Notes: generated by a model not told the origin, from the sequence alone. Shown: positions 28,781 to 40,254, counted from the stretch's first letter. The stretch is 64,000 nt of DNA from an uncultured Desulfarculus sp. (GCA_963665125.2 CAXXUK010000002.1:896001-960000), one strand, 5' to 3'. Program-made: numbers and translations.

Positions 28781-29719
28781 TCAGTTCCAAGTTCCCATTT
28801 GGCGCAGTTTCTGGATGTCGCGTAGCGGAGGTGCGCCGAACCGGCGGCTGTACTCGCGGTTGAACTGTGATGGGCTTTCATAGCCCACCTCGAAGGCCGC
28901 CGTGGCCGCGTCCATGCGCTCGGTGAGCATCAGGCTTCTGGCCTCGTTCAGACGCAGGTTTTTCTGAAACTGCAGGGGACTCATGGCGGTCAAGGCACGG
29001 AAATGGTGATGGAATGTCGAGGTGCTCATGCCCGTGTCAGCCGCCAGGTCGTCGATGCGAAGCTTTTGGGTGAAGTTGCCCCTCATCCAATCTATTGCCT
29101 TTGCGATCTGGTGGCTGCGGCTGCCGGCTGCCACGATCTGCCGCAAGCGGGGCCCCTGATCGCCGACTAGCAGGTAATAGAGGATTTCCTTTTGGATCAG
29201 CGGTGCCAGGATCGGTATGTCTTCGGGCCGGCTTAACAAGTCGAGCAGCCGTTGGAAAGTCTTGAGTAACGGCAAGGTAATCTCGCCGATGGCCATTCCT
29301 CGATGGGTTTGACCAGTGCGGGGCAGGGGGAGATCGCTGTCCATCATCAACTGGGCAATTGCCCGTTGATCCAGCGCTAGGGTCAGACCCAGATATGGCT
29401 TTTCCTCGCTGGCCTCGATGATATTCGCCACCAGAGGCAAGCCCAGGGAGGTTAGAAGGAAGCCATTGGGGTCATATGTGTATTCATCTTCTCCGAGCAG
29501 CACCCGCTTGGTTCCCTGGGCGATAAGGCAAATGCTTTGTTCGAGTATATAGCTGGTCGGCTCGGTCGGGGCTTCCCACCGATGCAAGGTCAGGTTGGGA
29601 ATCGCTGTATCCAGACTGTTTAGGTCTTCGGTCCATTCAGCAATAATCCTCACCAACTCATTTTGGGCGAATCCCAGGCTCTCTGTTTGGCTTATCTCAA
29701 CGATATTCCGTGATTTCAT
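28781..29719 (-). CDS. AraC-family regulator (YqhC-like N-terminal domain)
   Basis: ICLIAQGTKRV, MSPLQFQKNLRLNEAR, VGYESPSQFNREYSRRFGAPP. Confidence 0.9.
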   Translation of the reverse strand: MKSRNIVEISQTESLGFAQNELVRIIAEWTEDLNSLDTAIPNLTLHRWEAPTEPTSYILEQSICLIAQGTKRVLLGEDEYTYDPNGFLLTSLGLPLVANIIEASEEKPYLGLTLALDQRAIAQLMMDSDLPLPRTGQTHRGMAIGEITLPLLKTFQRLLDLLSRPEDIPILAPLIQKEILYYLLVGDQGPRLRQIVAAGSRSHQIAKAIDWMRGNFTQKLRIDDLAADTGMSTSTFHHHFRALTAMSPLQFQKNLRLNEARSLMLTERMDAATAAFEVGYESPSQFNREYSRRFGAPPLRDIQKLRQMGTWN

Positions 29720-29887
29720 TTCAATTATCCGGGTGTCTTACTTTGGGAATAGTAACATAAGTTGGTATGTAGGCACCATAGGCCAATTTAGTATCTCGGA
29801 TAATTAGGCAATAAAGGAACAGGAGAGGTGGCCCCCAATCGTTAGACAGTTTGGCGGCGTAGTTAAGGTGGATGGTATTTGTTGTTG

Positions 29888-30730
29888 TCATGCCGCCGCT
29901 TCGGTCAATCCCGTCGTGGGTCGGCCCCAGTATGCCTCGTCCGGCGTTTTGCCATCCAGGCTGGAGTGGGGTCGCCGTTGGTTATAGTAATCGATCCAGG
30001 AGCCGATTCCCTTCCTGGCCTCGCTTCCCGTCTCAAAGGCATGCAGATAGACACATTCATATTTGAGAGAGCGCCACAGGCGTTCGATCATGACATTGTC
30101 CATCCAGCGGCCTTTGCCATCCATGGAAATTTTGATCTCAGCATCCTTGAGCACCTGGGTAAAACCAAAGCTTGTGAATTGGCTCCCCTGATCGGTATTG
30201 AAAATCAGGGGGTTGGGAAACCTTCGCAGGGCATCACTCAAGGCGGCCACGCAAAAATCAGCATCCAAGGTGTTGGACAGTCGCCAGCTCAGCACCTTGC
30301 GGCTGGCCCAGTCCATGATCGCCACCAGGTAGAGAAAACCACGCCTCATCGGGATATAAGTGATATCGGCGCACCAGATGTGGCCGGGTTCGCTTATCTC
30401 CACCCCGCGCAGTAAATAGGGGTAAACCTTGTGCCCCGGCTGGGGCTTGGATGTCCCGGGCTTCTGGTAGACGGGGCTAAGCCCCATCTTGCGCATCAGC
30501 CGCACCACCCGCTTCCTGCCCACGCGATGCCCCTCACGCCGGAGCCAGCGGACCATCTGACGAGAGCCGTACCAGGGCGTTTCCAGAAACTGCTCATCCA
30601 TCTTGCGCATCAGCTCAATATTCAGCGGGTTTTCGCCCGTGGCTTCGTAATAAAACGATGAGCGGCTGATTCCCAGGAGCTCACATTGGCGGACAATGCT
30701 CAATCCCTTGGGCCTGCTTGCCTTCACCAT
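29888..30730 (-). CDS. IS3 transposase OrfB (DDE)
   Basis: WCADITY, FNTDQGSQF, DNVMIERLWRSLKYE. Confidence 0.95.
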   Translation of the reverse strand: MVKASRPKGLSIVRQCELLGISRSSFYYEATGENPLNIELMRKMDEQFLETPWYGSRQMVRWLRREGHRVGRKRVVRLMRKMGLSPVYQKPGTSKPQPGHKVYPYLLRGVEISEPGHIWCADITYIPMRRGFLYLVAIMDWASRKVLSWRLSNTLDADFCVAALSDALRRFPNPLIFNTDQGSQFTSFGFTQVLKDAEIKISMDGKGRWMDNVMIERLWRSLKYECVYLHAFETGSEARKGIGSWIDYYNQRRPHSSLDGKTPDEAYWGRPTTGLTEAAA

Positions 30731-30750
30731 CGCTTTCCTCCGATCAAAGC

Positions 30751-31038
30751 TCAGCGACCGGAGGCCTTGGCCAAAAAATCCCGTTCAATGGTCAACTGCC
30801 CAATCTTTGCATGAAGCTCTTTGATCTGGGATTCTCCGGCCTCTTGCTGCTTCGCACCCTTGCTGGAGAAAACTTCTGTCAAGCCTTCGGTGGCCTGGCG
30901 CTTCCACTGCGCAATCATATTGGGGTGGATGTCAAACCGTGCTGCCAGCTCGGAAAGAGTCTGCTCGCCCTTCAATGCCTCCAGCGCTACCGTGGCCTTG
31001 AATTCGGCCGAAAAGCGCCTGCGTTTGGTCTTGCTCAT
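30751..31038 (-). CDS. IS3 transposase OrfA
   Basis: MSKTKRRRFSAEFKATVALEA...IGQLTIERDFL; T6 run at 30778-30773 is a likely -1 frameshift site into the OrfB frame (FGQGLRSLSFDRRKAMVK). Confidence 0.9.
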   Translation of the reverse strand: MSKTKRRRFSAEFKATVALEALKGEQTLSELAARFDIHPNMIAQWKRQATEGLTEVFSSKGAKQQEAGESQIKELHAKIGQLTIERDFLAKASGR

Positions 31039-31108
31039 AGCTGGTGTACCTCCATCGGACTCATCCATACCACCTAACACTATTGTCCGATTTTTGGGGT
31101 CCACCTCT

Positions 31109-31353
31109 CTTTGCTCTCCGTTGCGTAGCCGTACAAAGGTCAACTGTGTCTCGACTGCAAGCTTTCTAGCCGCTGGACGGGCTTCACGCAAGTAGGGAGT
31201 TCCCAGGCTTATACGCAACTCGGTTTTTTGGTAGACGGGGCGGAGATCAGCGGGGATGCCGATGCGGAAGTACCAGACTTGGTTGTAGCGGGTGAGATAT
31301 GCGGGCGAGCGGCCTAAATGAGACAAGCTCCGACCTCCGGTTTGGACGACCAT
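31109..31353 (-). pseudogene. DUF6538-like N-terminus of a phage-type integrase, truncated by IS3
   Basis: YLTRYNQVWYFRIGIPADLRPVYQKTELRISLGT...AR pattern; directly downstream of a tRNA; no catalytic domain on the far side of the IS. Confidence 0.7.
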
Positions 31354-31424
31354 TTTGGAAAAAACGTCCAAGAGGTGGAGCTTGCTTATATTAACCAAGC
31401 CGTTTCAACGGCTTAGATCGCTTA

Positions 31425-31501
31425 TGGTGGCGATGCAGGGATTTGAACCCCGGACACTGCGGATATGAGCCGCATGCTCTGACCTACTGAGCTACATCGC
31501 C
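31425..31501 (-). tRNA. tRNA-Met (CAT), elongator type
   Basis: GGCGATG/CATCGCC acceptor with paired 1-72, TGCGG-CTCATAT-CCGCA, GTTCAAAT, CCA; Ile2 identity not fully excluded. Confidence 0.9.
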
Positions 31502-31575
31502 GTCCGAACGTTATTTAGGGGTAAGGGGCCATTCTGTCAAGCCCCACGGGCCAAAAAGTAATCCTTTTTTGCGGA

Positions 31576-32592
31576 TCACACGCTGAAACGCACATGCAGG
31601 ATTTCGCCGTCGGAGACGACATGGTCCTTGCCCGCCAGCTTCATCAGGCCCGTCTTTTTCAGCGCCGCTTCGGATCCGTGCTCCAACAGGTCGGCATAAT
31701 TCATGATTTCAGCGCGGATAAAGCCCCGCTCCAGGTCGGAGTGGATGACGCCCGCAGCCTGGGGAGCCAGAGCCCCGCGTTTGACCGTCCAGGCCCGCAC
31801 TTCGTCTTCGCCCACGGTGAAAAACGAGATCAGGTCCATGGCCTTGTAGCCCGCCTGGATCAGCCGGTCCAGGGCGCTGTCGGTGAGCCCCAGGTCGTTC
31901 ATGAACTCGGCGGCCTCGTCTTCGTCCAGCTCCAGAATATCGGCCTCGATGGCCGCCCGGATCACCACAACCTCGCAGCCCAGGTCCGGGGCCTCGGCGT
32001 CATCTTCCTCGTTGTTGGCCACCACCACCAGCGGCTTGGCCGTCAACAGGCCGAAGCCCTTGAGCTTGACGTGGCCGGCCAGCTCGGGGTTGCCGCGCAG
32101 GGGCTTTTCCGCGTCCAAGAGGGCCTTGGCCTCGGTGAGCAGGGCCATTTCTTCCTCGTCCTGCTTGCGGCCGCGTTTCTTGTCGGACTCCATGCGCTCC
32201 AGACGGCGCTCCACGGTGATCAGGTCGTTGAGGAGCATCTCCTGGGCGAATTCCTCATGGGCGGCAGCCGCGTCGGGCGCGCCCAGGCCGCCGTCAAAGT
32301 TGCGCACCACCTCCACCAGGGCGTCGGCACCGCGCAGATCGGCGGGCAGCTTGGTGGTGGGGTCGTCGGCCTTGGCCAGGGGCTGGGGCGGGTCCACGAA
32401 CGTTATCTGGGCGTAGGTGGTCTTCTTGGGGCTGTACATGGCCGAGAGCTTGTCCACGCGCTCGTCGGGCACGGGCAACAGGGCCTGGCTGGCCTCGTCG
32501 CGGGCCTTGGCCTGGGTGATCTTGCGGCCGCTCAGGGCCTGGAACAGCGTCGACTTGCCCGAGGAGGCCAGTCCGCACAGGGCCAGTTTCAT
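31576..32592 (-). CDS. YchF-like ATPase/GTPase (DUF933 C-terminal domain)
   Basis: GLASSGKST, VPDERVDKL, FFTVGEDEVRAW, AAGVIHSDLERGFIRAE; GGAGG RBS before ATG 32592; G3 reads DPPQ, suggesting a divergent paralog. Confidence 0.85.
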   Translation of the reverse strand: MKLALCGLASSGKSTLFQALSGRKITQAKARDEASQALLPVPDERVDKLSAMYSPKKTTYAQITFVDPPQPLAKADDPTTKLPADLRGADALVEVVRNFDGGLGAPDAAAAHEEFAQEMLLNDLITVERRLERMESDKKRGRKQDEEEMALLTEAKALLDAEKPLRGNPELAGHVKLKGFGLLTAKPLVVVANNEEDDAEAPDLGCEVVVIRAAIEADILELDEDEAAEFMNDLGLTDSALDRLIQAGYKAMDLISFFTVGEDEVRAWTVKRGALAPQAAGVIHSDLERGFIRAEIMNYADLLEHGSEAALKKTGLMKLAGKDHVVSDGEILHVRFSV

Positions 32593-32604
32593 TATTTGCC
32601 TCCA

Positions 32605-34896
<2,292 letters not shown>

Positions 34897-34910
34897 ATAG
34901 CCCCAAACAC

Positions 34911-34940
34911 AAACCCCGGTGGCGGCAACCACCGGGGTTT
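34911..34940. terminator. Bidirectional terminator (repeat copy 1)
   Basis: AAACCCCGGTGG-CGGCAA-CCACCGGGGTTT. Confidence 0.8.
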
Positions 34941-34991
34941 CTTGATACCACTATAAGCCGGGTCGCGCCAGGGCGCGGCCGGCCGCTTTGC

Positions 34992-35354
34992 CTAGTCCTT
35001 GCCGTTGACGGCGATGACAAAATTGCCCTTGATGGCCTCGAAGGTTATCTCCGTGACTATGAATCCGTCGCGGTGGAACGTCGTTGTCTTGTGTTCGCCC
35101 TCCAGGAAGTCAAACGTGAACGTCTCGGTGCTCGTTTGCTTGTCTGCCGTTGATTCGTAGGTCGCCACGCACTTGAGGATGGCCCGGTGCGGCAGGAAGG
35201 TGGTGCACATGATTTCCACCGTGCCCGTGTTGGGCTTGGTGGTCCAGGAATCCGGCGCCGAGAGGCCCGTGTTATCGCCAAAAGCCGCGCACGGCACGGC
35301 GCGCAGCACAAAAAACACCGCCAGCGCCAGTAAACTCATTTTGCGCATCATCAT
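34992..35354 (-). CDS. Small secreted beta-rich protein, paralog 4
   Basis: GGAG RBS; signal peptide; SWTTKPNTGTVEI and DGFIVTEITF. Confidence 0.75.
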   Translation of the reverse strand: MMMRKMSLLALAVFFVLRAVPCAAFGDNTGLSAPDSWTTKPNTGTVEIMCTTFLPHRAILKCVATYESTADKQTSTETFTFDFLEGEHKTTTFHRDGFIVTEITFEAIKGNFVIAVNGKD

Positions 35355-35402
35355 GCTTGCTCTCCATAGGCCTGAAACTGAACCGGCGCGGCCCAGCATG
35401 CC

Positions 35403-35768
35403 TTACTCGCCGTACACGGCGTTGATCTGAACATGGCCCTGTTGGGTCGTGAACTCGATGCGCGAGACAACATAGCCGTCGTAGTGATAATGCTTGTCCA
35501 CCTTGATGACCGGACGGAAGCTGGTGTTCAGGGACACGGTCTTTTCCGAGCCGTCAGTTGTTGACTTGAAGAAGACCGTGCCCGTAATCCGGGCCTTCAT
35601 CGACACGGCAAGCAGGGTTACATCCACCGTGCCCACGTTGGGTTCGATGGTCCAAGATTGGCCTTCGGCCAAGAGCTTGGTTTCATCGGCGTTGGCCGGG
35701 CCGGGGAGCAATAAGGCGGTGAGCATCAACAGTACCGCGAACGCCCCCAAAGAGCTTCTTAACCTCAT
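35403..35768 (-). CDS. Small secreted beta-rich protein, paralog 3
   Basis: Signal ending PANA; SWTIEPNVGTVDV and DGYVVSRIEF. Confidence 0.8.
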   Translation of the reverse strand: MRLRSSLGAFAVLLMLTALLLPGPANADETKLLAEGQSWTIEPNVGTVDVTLLAVSMKARITGTVFFKSTTDGSEKTVSLNTSFRPVIKVDKHYHYDGYVVSRIEFTTQQGHVQINAVYGE

Positions 35769-35806
35769 GGTGGGTCTCCTATCAACAGAAACCGAACCTC
35801 GCGGCC

Positions 35807-36181
35807 CTACATGCCATCGCCGCTGTATACGGCGTCGATCTGGATATCGCCGACATTGGCCTTGAAGGTGATGCTGGTGATGATGTAGCCGTCAAGACGG
35901 ATTGTCTTGCGGGCCTCCCTGCCGGAAATGGTATTGACCAATATGGCTTGGTTTACATCGGCGCCGCCGCTTTTGGGTTTTAATGTCGCCGAGCCGGTGA
36001 GCTGGGCATACGTGCTGGCCGTGTTGATGGTCACCGTCACGGTGCCGACGTTGGGATGGATGGTCCAGGAATTGCCCTGGGCCAGGAGCTTGGATTCATC
36101 GGCTCTGGCCGGGCCGGGAATCAGCAGGGCCGTGGCCAAGAGCAGGGCCGCGATCATCAAAACTCCGCGTGTGGTTTTCAT
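35807..36181 (-). CDS. Small secreted beta-rich protein, paralog 2
   Basis: Signal ending PARA; SWTIHPNVGTVTV and DGYIITSITF. Confidence 0.8.
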   Translation of the reverse strand: MKTTRGVLMIAALLLATALLIPGPARADESKLLAQGNSWTIHPNVGTVTVTINTASTYAQLTGSATLKPKSGGADVNQAILVNTISGREARKTIRLDGYIITSITFKANVGDIQIDAVYSGDGM

Positions 36182-36577
36182 CGCGAGACTCCTCTTAATA
36201 ATGGAAACTGAAGTCGATATTTATATAGCCCTTTTCAGATTTAAATACGATTTTCGAGACGTTAAATCCGTCCATATGATATCTCCTAACGGTTGGCATG
36301 CCGACGGCGGGGAGGTTCTCATGGATCGGCTTGGCCCACATCGCGCCGTCGCCTGAGGGGGCGAACACCACCGTGCCGCTGAGAATGGCGTCGCCTCCGA
36401 TGGCGGACAGGGTGACATTCACTGTGGGGATCCCCAAGTCGTCGAGTGTATAGGTCTGGCCTTCGCTTATCGAATATACATAGTTTGCTCCGGCCGGAGA
36501 GGGCGGCATCAGGGCCGTGGCCAAGAGCAGGGCCGCGATAATCAATAATCCGCGTGTGGTTTTCATCGCGAGTCTCC
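36125..36577 (+). repeat. 68-bp direct repeat covering RBS and signal-peptide codons (36125-36192 and 36510-36577)
   Basis: 4 mismatches by manual alignment. Confidence 0.9.
36195..36566 (-). CDS. Small secreted beta-rich protein, paralog 1
   Basis: Signal ending PAGA; EGQTYT...PTVNV and DGFNVSKIVF. Confidence 0.8.
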   Translation of the reverse strand: MKTTRGLLIIAALLLATALMPPSPAGANYVYSISEGQTYTLDDLGIPTVNVTLSAIGGDAILSGTVVFAPSGDGAMWAKPIHENLPAVGMPTVRRYHMDGFNVSKIVFKSEKGYINIDFSFHY

Positions 36578-36651
36578 GTGAACATTGCCAACAGCGCGGC
36601 GCCAGGGGCCGCAGAATTATCCAACTCTATGCCAATTTGCCAGGCGCGGTC

Positions 36652-36684
36652 AAAACAAAACCCCGGCGGCGTCAACCACCGGGG
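36652..36684 (-). terminator. Terminator after ahbC (repeat copy 2)
   Basis: CCCCGGTGG-TTGACG-CCGCCGGGG-TTTTGTTTT on the minus strand. Confidence 0.8.
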
Positions 36685-36709
36685 CCTTTGATTTTTCCAT
36701 GGGGCGGGG

Positions 36710-37894
36710 CTAGGGCTTTGCTATCTCCTCGTCGGTGAGGTAGCAGGCCGGATCCGGGGCCCAGAGGTCGCCCGTGGCCGCCTCGGAGCGCACCCGGAAA
36801 TTGCCGCCGCAGATATCAAGCCAGCGGCAGTCCGCGCAGCGCCCGGTGAGGTGGGGCCGCTTGTCCTTGAGCTTGCCCAGGATGGGGTGGCCGGTGTCGG
36901 ACCATATCTCGCTGAAGGGCCGGTTGCGCACGTTGTCGATGGTCAGGTGCCGCCAGAACTGGTCCGGATGCACGCTGCCGTCCCAGCTCACGCAGCCGAT
37001 GCCCCGGCCCGAGCTGTTGCCCTCGTTCCATTGCAGCAGCTTGAGCACTTCCTCTGCCCGCGCCGGGTCTTCGCGCAACATGCGCAAATAGACATACGGC
37101 CCGTCGGCGTGGTTGTCTACGGTGAGCACCTCGGGAGCCTGGCCCTTGTCGAACAGCGCCTTGGTGCGGTCCATGATCAGGTCCAGGAGCTTGCGGGTGT
37201 CGGCGTGGCTCAGGTCTTCTTCCATGAGGCTACTGCCCCGGCCCGCGTAGACCAGGTGATAGAAGCAGACCCTGGGCACGCCCTCGCGCTCCAAAAGGTC
37301 GAATATTTGGGGCACCTCGGCGGCGTTGTGCTTGAAGATGGTGAAGCGCAGGCCCACCTTGAGGCCGGCCTCCATGCTGTTGCGGATGCCGTCCAAGGCC
37401 ATCTCGAATGCGCCGTCAACGCCCCGGAATTTGTCGTGGACCTGTTTCATGCCGTCCAGGCTGACGCCTACGTAGCTAAGTCCCACGTCCTTTAGCTCCT
37501 TGGCCTTGTCCTTGGTGATCAGGGTGCCGTTGGTGCTGATGACCGCCCGCATGCCCTTACCCACGGCGTAGCGGGCCAGCTCGGTGAGGTCGGGCCGTTC
37601 CAGGGGCTCGCCGCCGGAAAAGAGCATCACCGGCGATCCGTATTGGGCCAGGTCGTCGATGAGCGTCTTGCCTTCGGCGGTGGTCAGTTCGTTGTCGGCC
37701 GGGGTGACCTTGGCGTGGGCGTAGCAGTGCACGCATTTGAGGTTGCAGGCCTTAGTCATGTTCCAGACCACGACGGGCTTTTTGTCCTCGGAAAATTGCA
37801 GCAGGTGGCTGGGCAGCTGGCCCGAATGGCGGCCGTAGCGCAGGGCGTCGGAAGGTTCAACCGTGCCGCAGTAGAGTTTGCTGATGCCGATCAT
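36710..37894 (-). CDS. ahbC: Radical SAM 12,18-didecarboxysiroheme deacetylase (alternative heme biosynthesis)
   Basis: MIGISKLYCG...LRYGR...PSHLLQFS.DKKPVVVWN; CNLKCVHCY; C-terminal Cys cluster; near hemB. Confidence 0.88.
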   Translation of the reverse strand: MIGISKLYCGTVEPSDALRYGRHSGQLPSHLLQFSEDKKPVVVWNMTKACNLKCVHCYAHAKVTPADNELTTAEGKTLIDDLAQYGSPVMLFSGGEPLERPDLTELARYAVGKGMRAVISTNGTLITKDKAKELKDVGLSYVGVSLDGMKQVHDKFRGVDGAFEMALDGIRNSMEAGLKVGLRFTIFKHNAAEVPQIFDLLEREGVPRVCFYHLVYAGRGSSLMEEDLSHADTRKLLDLIMDRTKALFDKGQAPEVLTVDNHADGPYVYLRMLREDPARAEEVLKLLQWNEGNSSGRGIGCVSWDGSVHPDQFWRHLTIDNVRNRPFSEIWSDTGHPILGKLKDKRPHLTGRCADCRWLDICGGNFRVRSEAATGDLWAPDPACYLTDEEIAKP

Positions 37895-37986
37895 GTGCGC
37901 TCAAAGTCCTTTCAGCCGCCCGGAGGGTCAACAAATGCGTGGGGGGCCGGGCGGGCCCCCCGTTGATATAAATATAGTTGAGATTT

Positions 37987-39738
37987 CTATTCGTTCAACG
38001 TGTTGTCGTAGTGCTCTTTGAACAACTGCCGCAGGTAACCGTCTGTATCCACAATGGCCTGGCTGGGCAGGTTGTAGTGGATTATACCCGTGCGGTCTCT
38101 GGCCAGGGTCAGGCCCGGCTCCAGCACCGCGCTGAGCCGCATCAGATACGTGCTCAGGTCGATCCCTTCCGCAGCCGCTCCGGCCAGGATGGCCACCTCG
38201 GCGTCTTCGCTGAACGAGATAGTAATACCATACTTCTCGCCAAAGCCCACGGCGAAGTCGCGGACCTGCTCCAGCCTGCCCAGCACATTTCGGAAGGCCG
38301 TCTCCATGCTCATGCCAACCCGGTAGAACTCGTCGGCGATCAGAGCCATGCGGGCGGTGGTCAGCGGCTTGGGGAGGCGGTCGGCGTACATGGCCTGGCG
38401 CTTGTCGATCATCATCAACAGCTCGCGGCGTTCGGCCATGCCGGCGGCATCGTAGCGCTGGTCCTGGTCCTCGGGTGCGGCCAGGACAAGCTGGAGGTGC
38501 TTTCGCGGTTCGGCCACGACTTCCGGGGTAATCACCAGGTGTCTGATGTCGGTGGAGGGCAGGTGCCGCTCAAAGGGCAGGCAGACCCGCTCCACCACCG
38601 AGACAAGGGCCCTGGCTCCGGTGCCCAGTTCGGCGGCCTCGGCGGCCATGGCCTTGAGGGCATCGTCTTCAAAGCGCAGGTCAATGCCGTAGGAGGCGAA
38701 GTCGCGCTTTTTGCTGATGATCACCGGGTTGTTGGGGTTCCGGAGGATTTCGTGCAGATCATCGGCGCCGAGCTTGTCCAGCACAACGGTCACCGGCAGG
38801 CGGCCCACGAACTCGGTCTCGAAGCCGTATTCAACCAGGTCGCCGCTGGAGACCTCATGGAGGATGTCCTGGTCGTCGAGCTGGGCCTTCATCTGGCTGG
38901 AAAAGCCCAGCTGGGCCTTGTTGCGGCGGCGGCGGATCACCTGGGCCAGGTCGCCGAAGGCCCCGCTCATGATGAACAGGATGTGCCGGGTGTTGACGGT
39001 GCGGCGCTCGGCCTTGCCGGTCCGGCGGTACTGTTCGATGGCCTGGATCTGGCTGATGGGGTCGTGGGGCACCTTGAGATCGACATCCGTCTCTTCCATG
39101 GGCTTCAACAGGGCCCGTTGCACGCCTGTACGGCTGACGTCCGGACCGATAAGACCCTGGCTGCTGGCGATCTTGTCGATCTCGTCGATGTAGACTATGC
39201 CGAACTGGGCCAGTTCAATGTCGTCTTCGGCCTCGTGGACCAGGTCGCGGATCAGGTCTTCGACGTCGCCGCCCACGTAGCCGGTTTCGCTGAACTTGGT
39301 GGCGTCGGCCTTGACAAAGGGCACGCCCAGTTTGCTGGCGATGAGCTTGATCATATAGGTCTTGCCCACGCCGGTGGGGCCAATCATCAGGACGTTGTTT
39401 TTAATCATGCCCACGCCGTCGCTGGGGTCGTCGCCCTGGATGCGGCTTAAATATTTTGCCCGGTTGAAGTGCGTGCAAATCTTGGTGGACAAAACCGCCT
39501 TGGCTTCGTCCTGGCGCACGATGTATTGGTCCAGGTAGGATACGAGATCATCAGGTTTGAAGTCGAAACCGATGCGGCTGAAGATCCCGTCATCACCGGA
39601 ATCATCGATGCCGGGCATGGGTTGAATGTTGGGCGTGGTGGTTCCCACTCCGAATTTGGTCACATAATCGGTGATCTGACTGTTTTTTTGTTCGCCCGCG
39701 CCTTGTTCAGGATGCTGATTTTGGGGCATGTTTTTCAT
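37987..39738 (-). CDS. ClpX-like AAA+ ATPase lacking the N-terminal Zn domain
   Basis: GPTGVGKT, DATKFSETGYVGGDVE, YIDEIDKI, DVSRTGVQRALLK, LGF loop, TGARAL; start 39738 or 39729. Confidence 0.8.
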   Translation of the reverse strand: MKNMPQNQHPEQGAGEQKNSQITDYVTKFGVGTTTPNIQPMPGIDDSGDDGIFSRIGFDFKPDDLVSYLDQYIVRQDEAKAVLSTKICTHFNRAKYLSRIQGDDPSDGVGMIKNNVLMIGPTGVGKTYMIKLIASKLGVPFVKADATKFSETGYVGGDVEDLIRDLVHEAEDDIELAQFGIVYIDEIDKIASSQGLIGPDVSRTGVQRALLKPMEETDVDLKVPHDPISQIQAIEQYRRTGKAERRTVNTRHILFIMSGAFGDLAQVIRRRRNKAQLGFSSQMKAQLDDQDILHEVSSGDLVEYGFETEFVGRLPVTVVLDKLGADDLHEILRNPNNPVIISKKRDFASYGIDLRFEDDALKAMAAEAAELGTGARALVSVVERVCLPFERHLPSTDIRHLVITPEVVAEPRKHLQLVLAAPEDQDQRYDAAGMAERRELLMMIDKRQAMYADRLPKPLTTARMALIADEFYRVGMSMETAFRNVLGRLEQVRDFAVGFGEKYGITISFSEDAEVAILAGAAAEGIDLSTYLMRLSAVLEPGLTLARDRTGIIHYNLPSQAIVDTDGYLRQLFKEHYDNTLNE

Positions 39739-39993
39739 TCCATGGCGCTTTCCGGGCCTTCTTGGCCCAAAATATTGATCTTGCCGATAATATTTCGGCT
39801 GTCTGATAATGAAGATAATATCGGGTGCCCGGTGATGCAAGGAGGCGGTTAAGCCATTATTTGCACTTGCCGGAATCACGCATTTATGTCATATTTCCTG
39901 AGTTCCAGCCATTATTAGCTGGGAAGCAGAAGTGCGCCCTTTTTTCTATTGCCGATATGGCGTGGGTGGGGTATATAACGAGGCCGAATTCTT

Positions 39994-40069
39994 GCTGGCG
40001 TAGCTCAACTGGTAGAGCAGCTGATTTGTAATCAGCAGGTCGCGGGTTCGACTCCCATCGCCAGCCCCA
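39994..40069 (+). tRNA. tRNA-Thr (TGT)
   Basis: GCTGA-TTTGTAA-TCAGC anticodon arm; CCA. Confidence 0.95.
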
Positions 40070-40169
40070 GGGTTTACCGCTGGTGCTGGATGCGACGCCG
40101 GCACCGGCGACATTAAAGGGAAAAAAGCCGCCCAAGGCCCCCGAGGCCTGATAAGGCTTAAACATCAGT

Positions 40170-40254
<85 letters not shown>

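Larger units (their letters stand above)
29824..31108 (-). mobile_element. IS3-family insertion sequence (~1285 bp)
   Basis: Imperfect terminal IRs AGAGGTGGCCCCCAATCGTTAGACA / AGAGGTGGACCCCAAAAATCGGACA; orfA-orfB layout; no target duplication seen. Confidence 0.9.
15234..31424. mobile_element. Probable degraded genomic island between tRNA-Leu and tRNA-Met
   Basis: Bounded by the 3' ends of two tRNAs; DUF6538-like remnant next to tRNA-Met, IS3, pseudogene and transporter cargo; no att duplication found. Confidence 0.55.

Noticed and set aside
31333..31341. ACCTCCGGT matching the tRNA-Leu 3' end as a possible attR
   Set aside because: Only 9 bp, lacks the T-arm sequence and lies inside the DUF6538 remnant; compatible with chance.
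34904..36692. CRISPR array or integron cassette array explaining the repeats
   Set aside because: Only pairwise repeats, no regular spacers, no attC-like sites, and no cas or intI gene.
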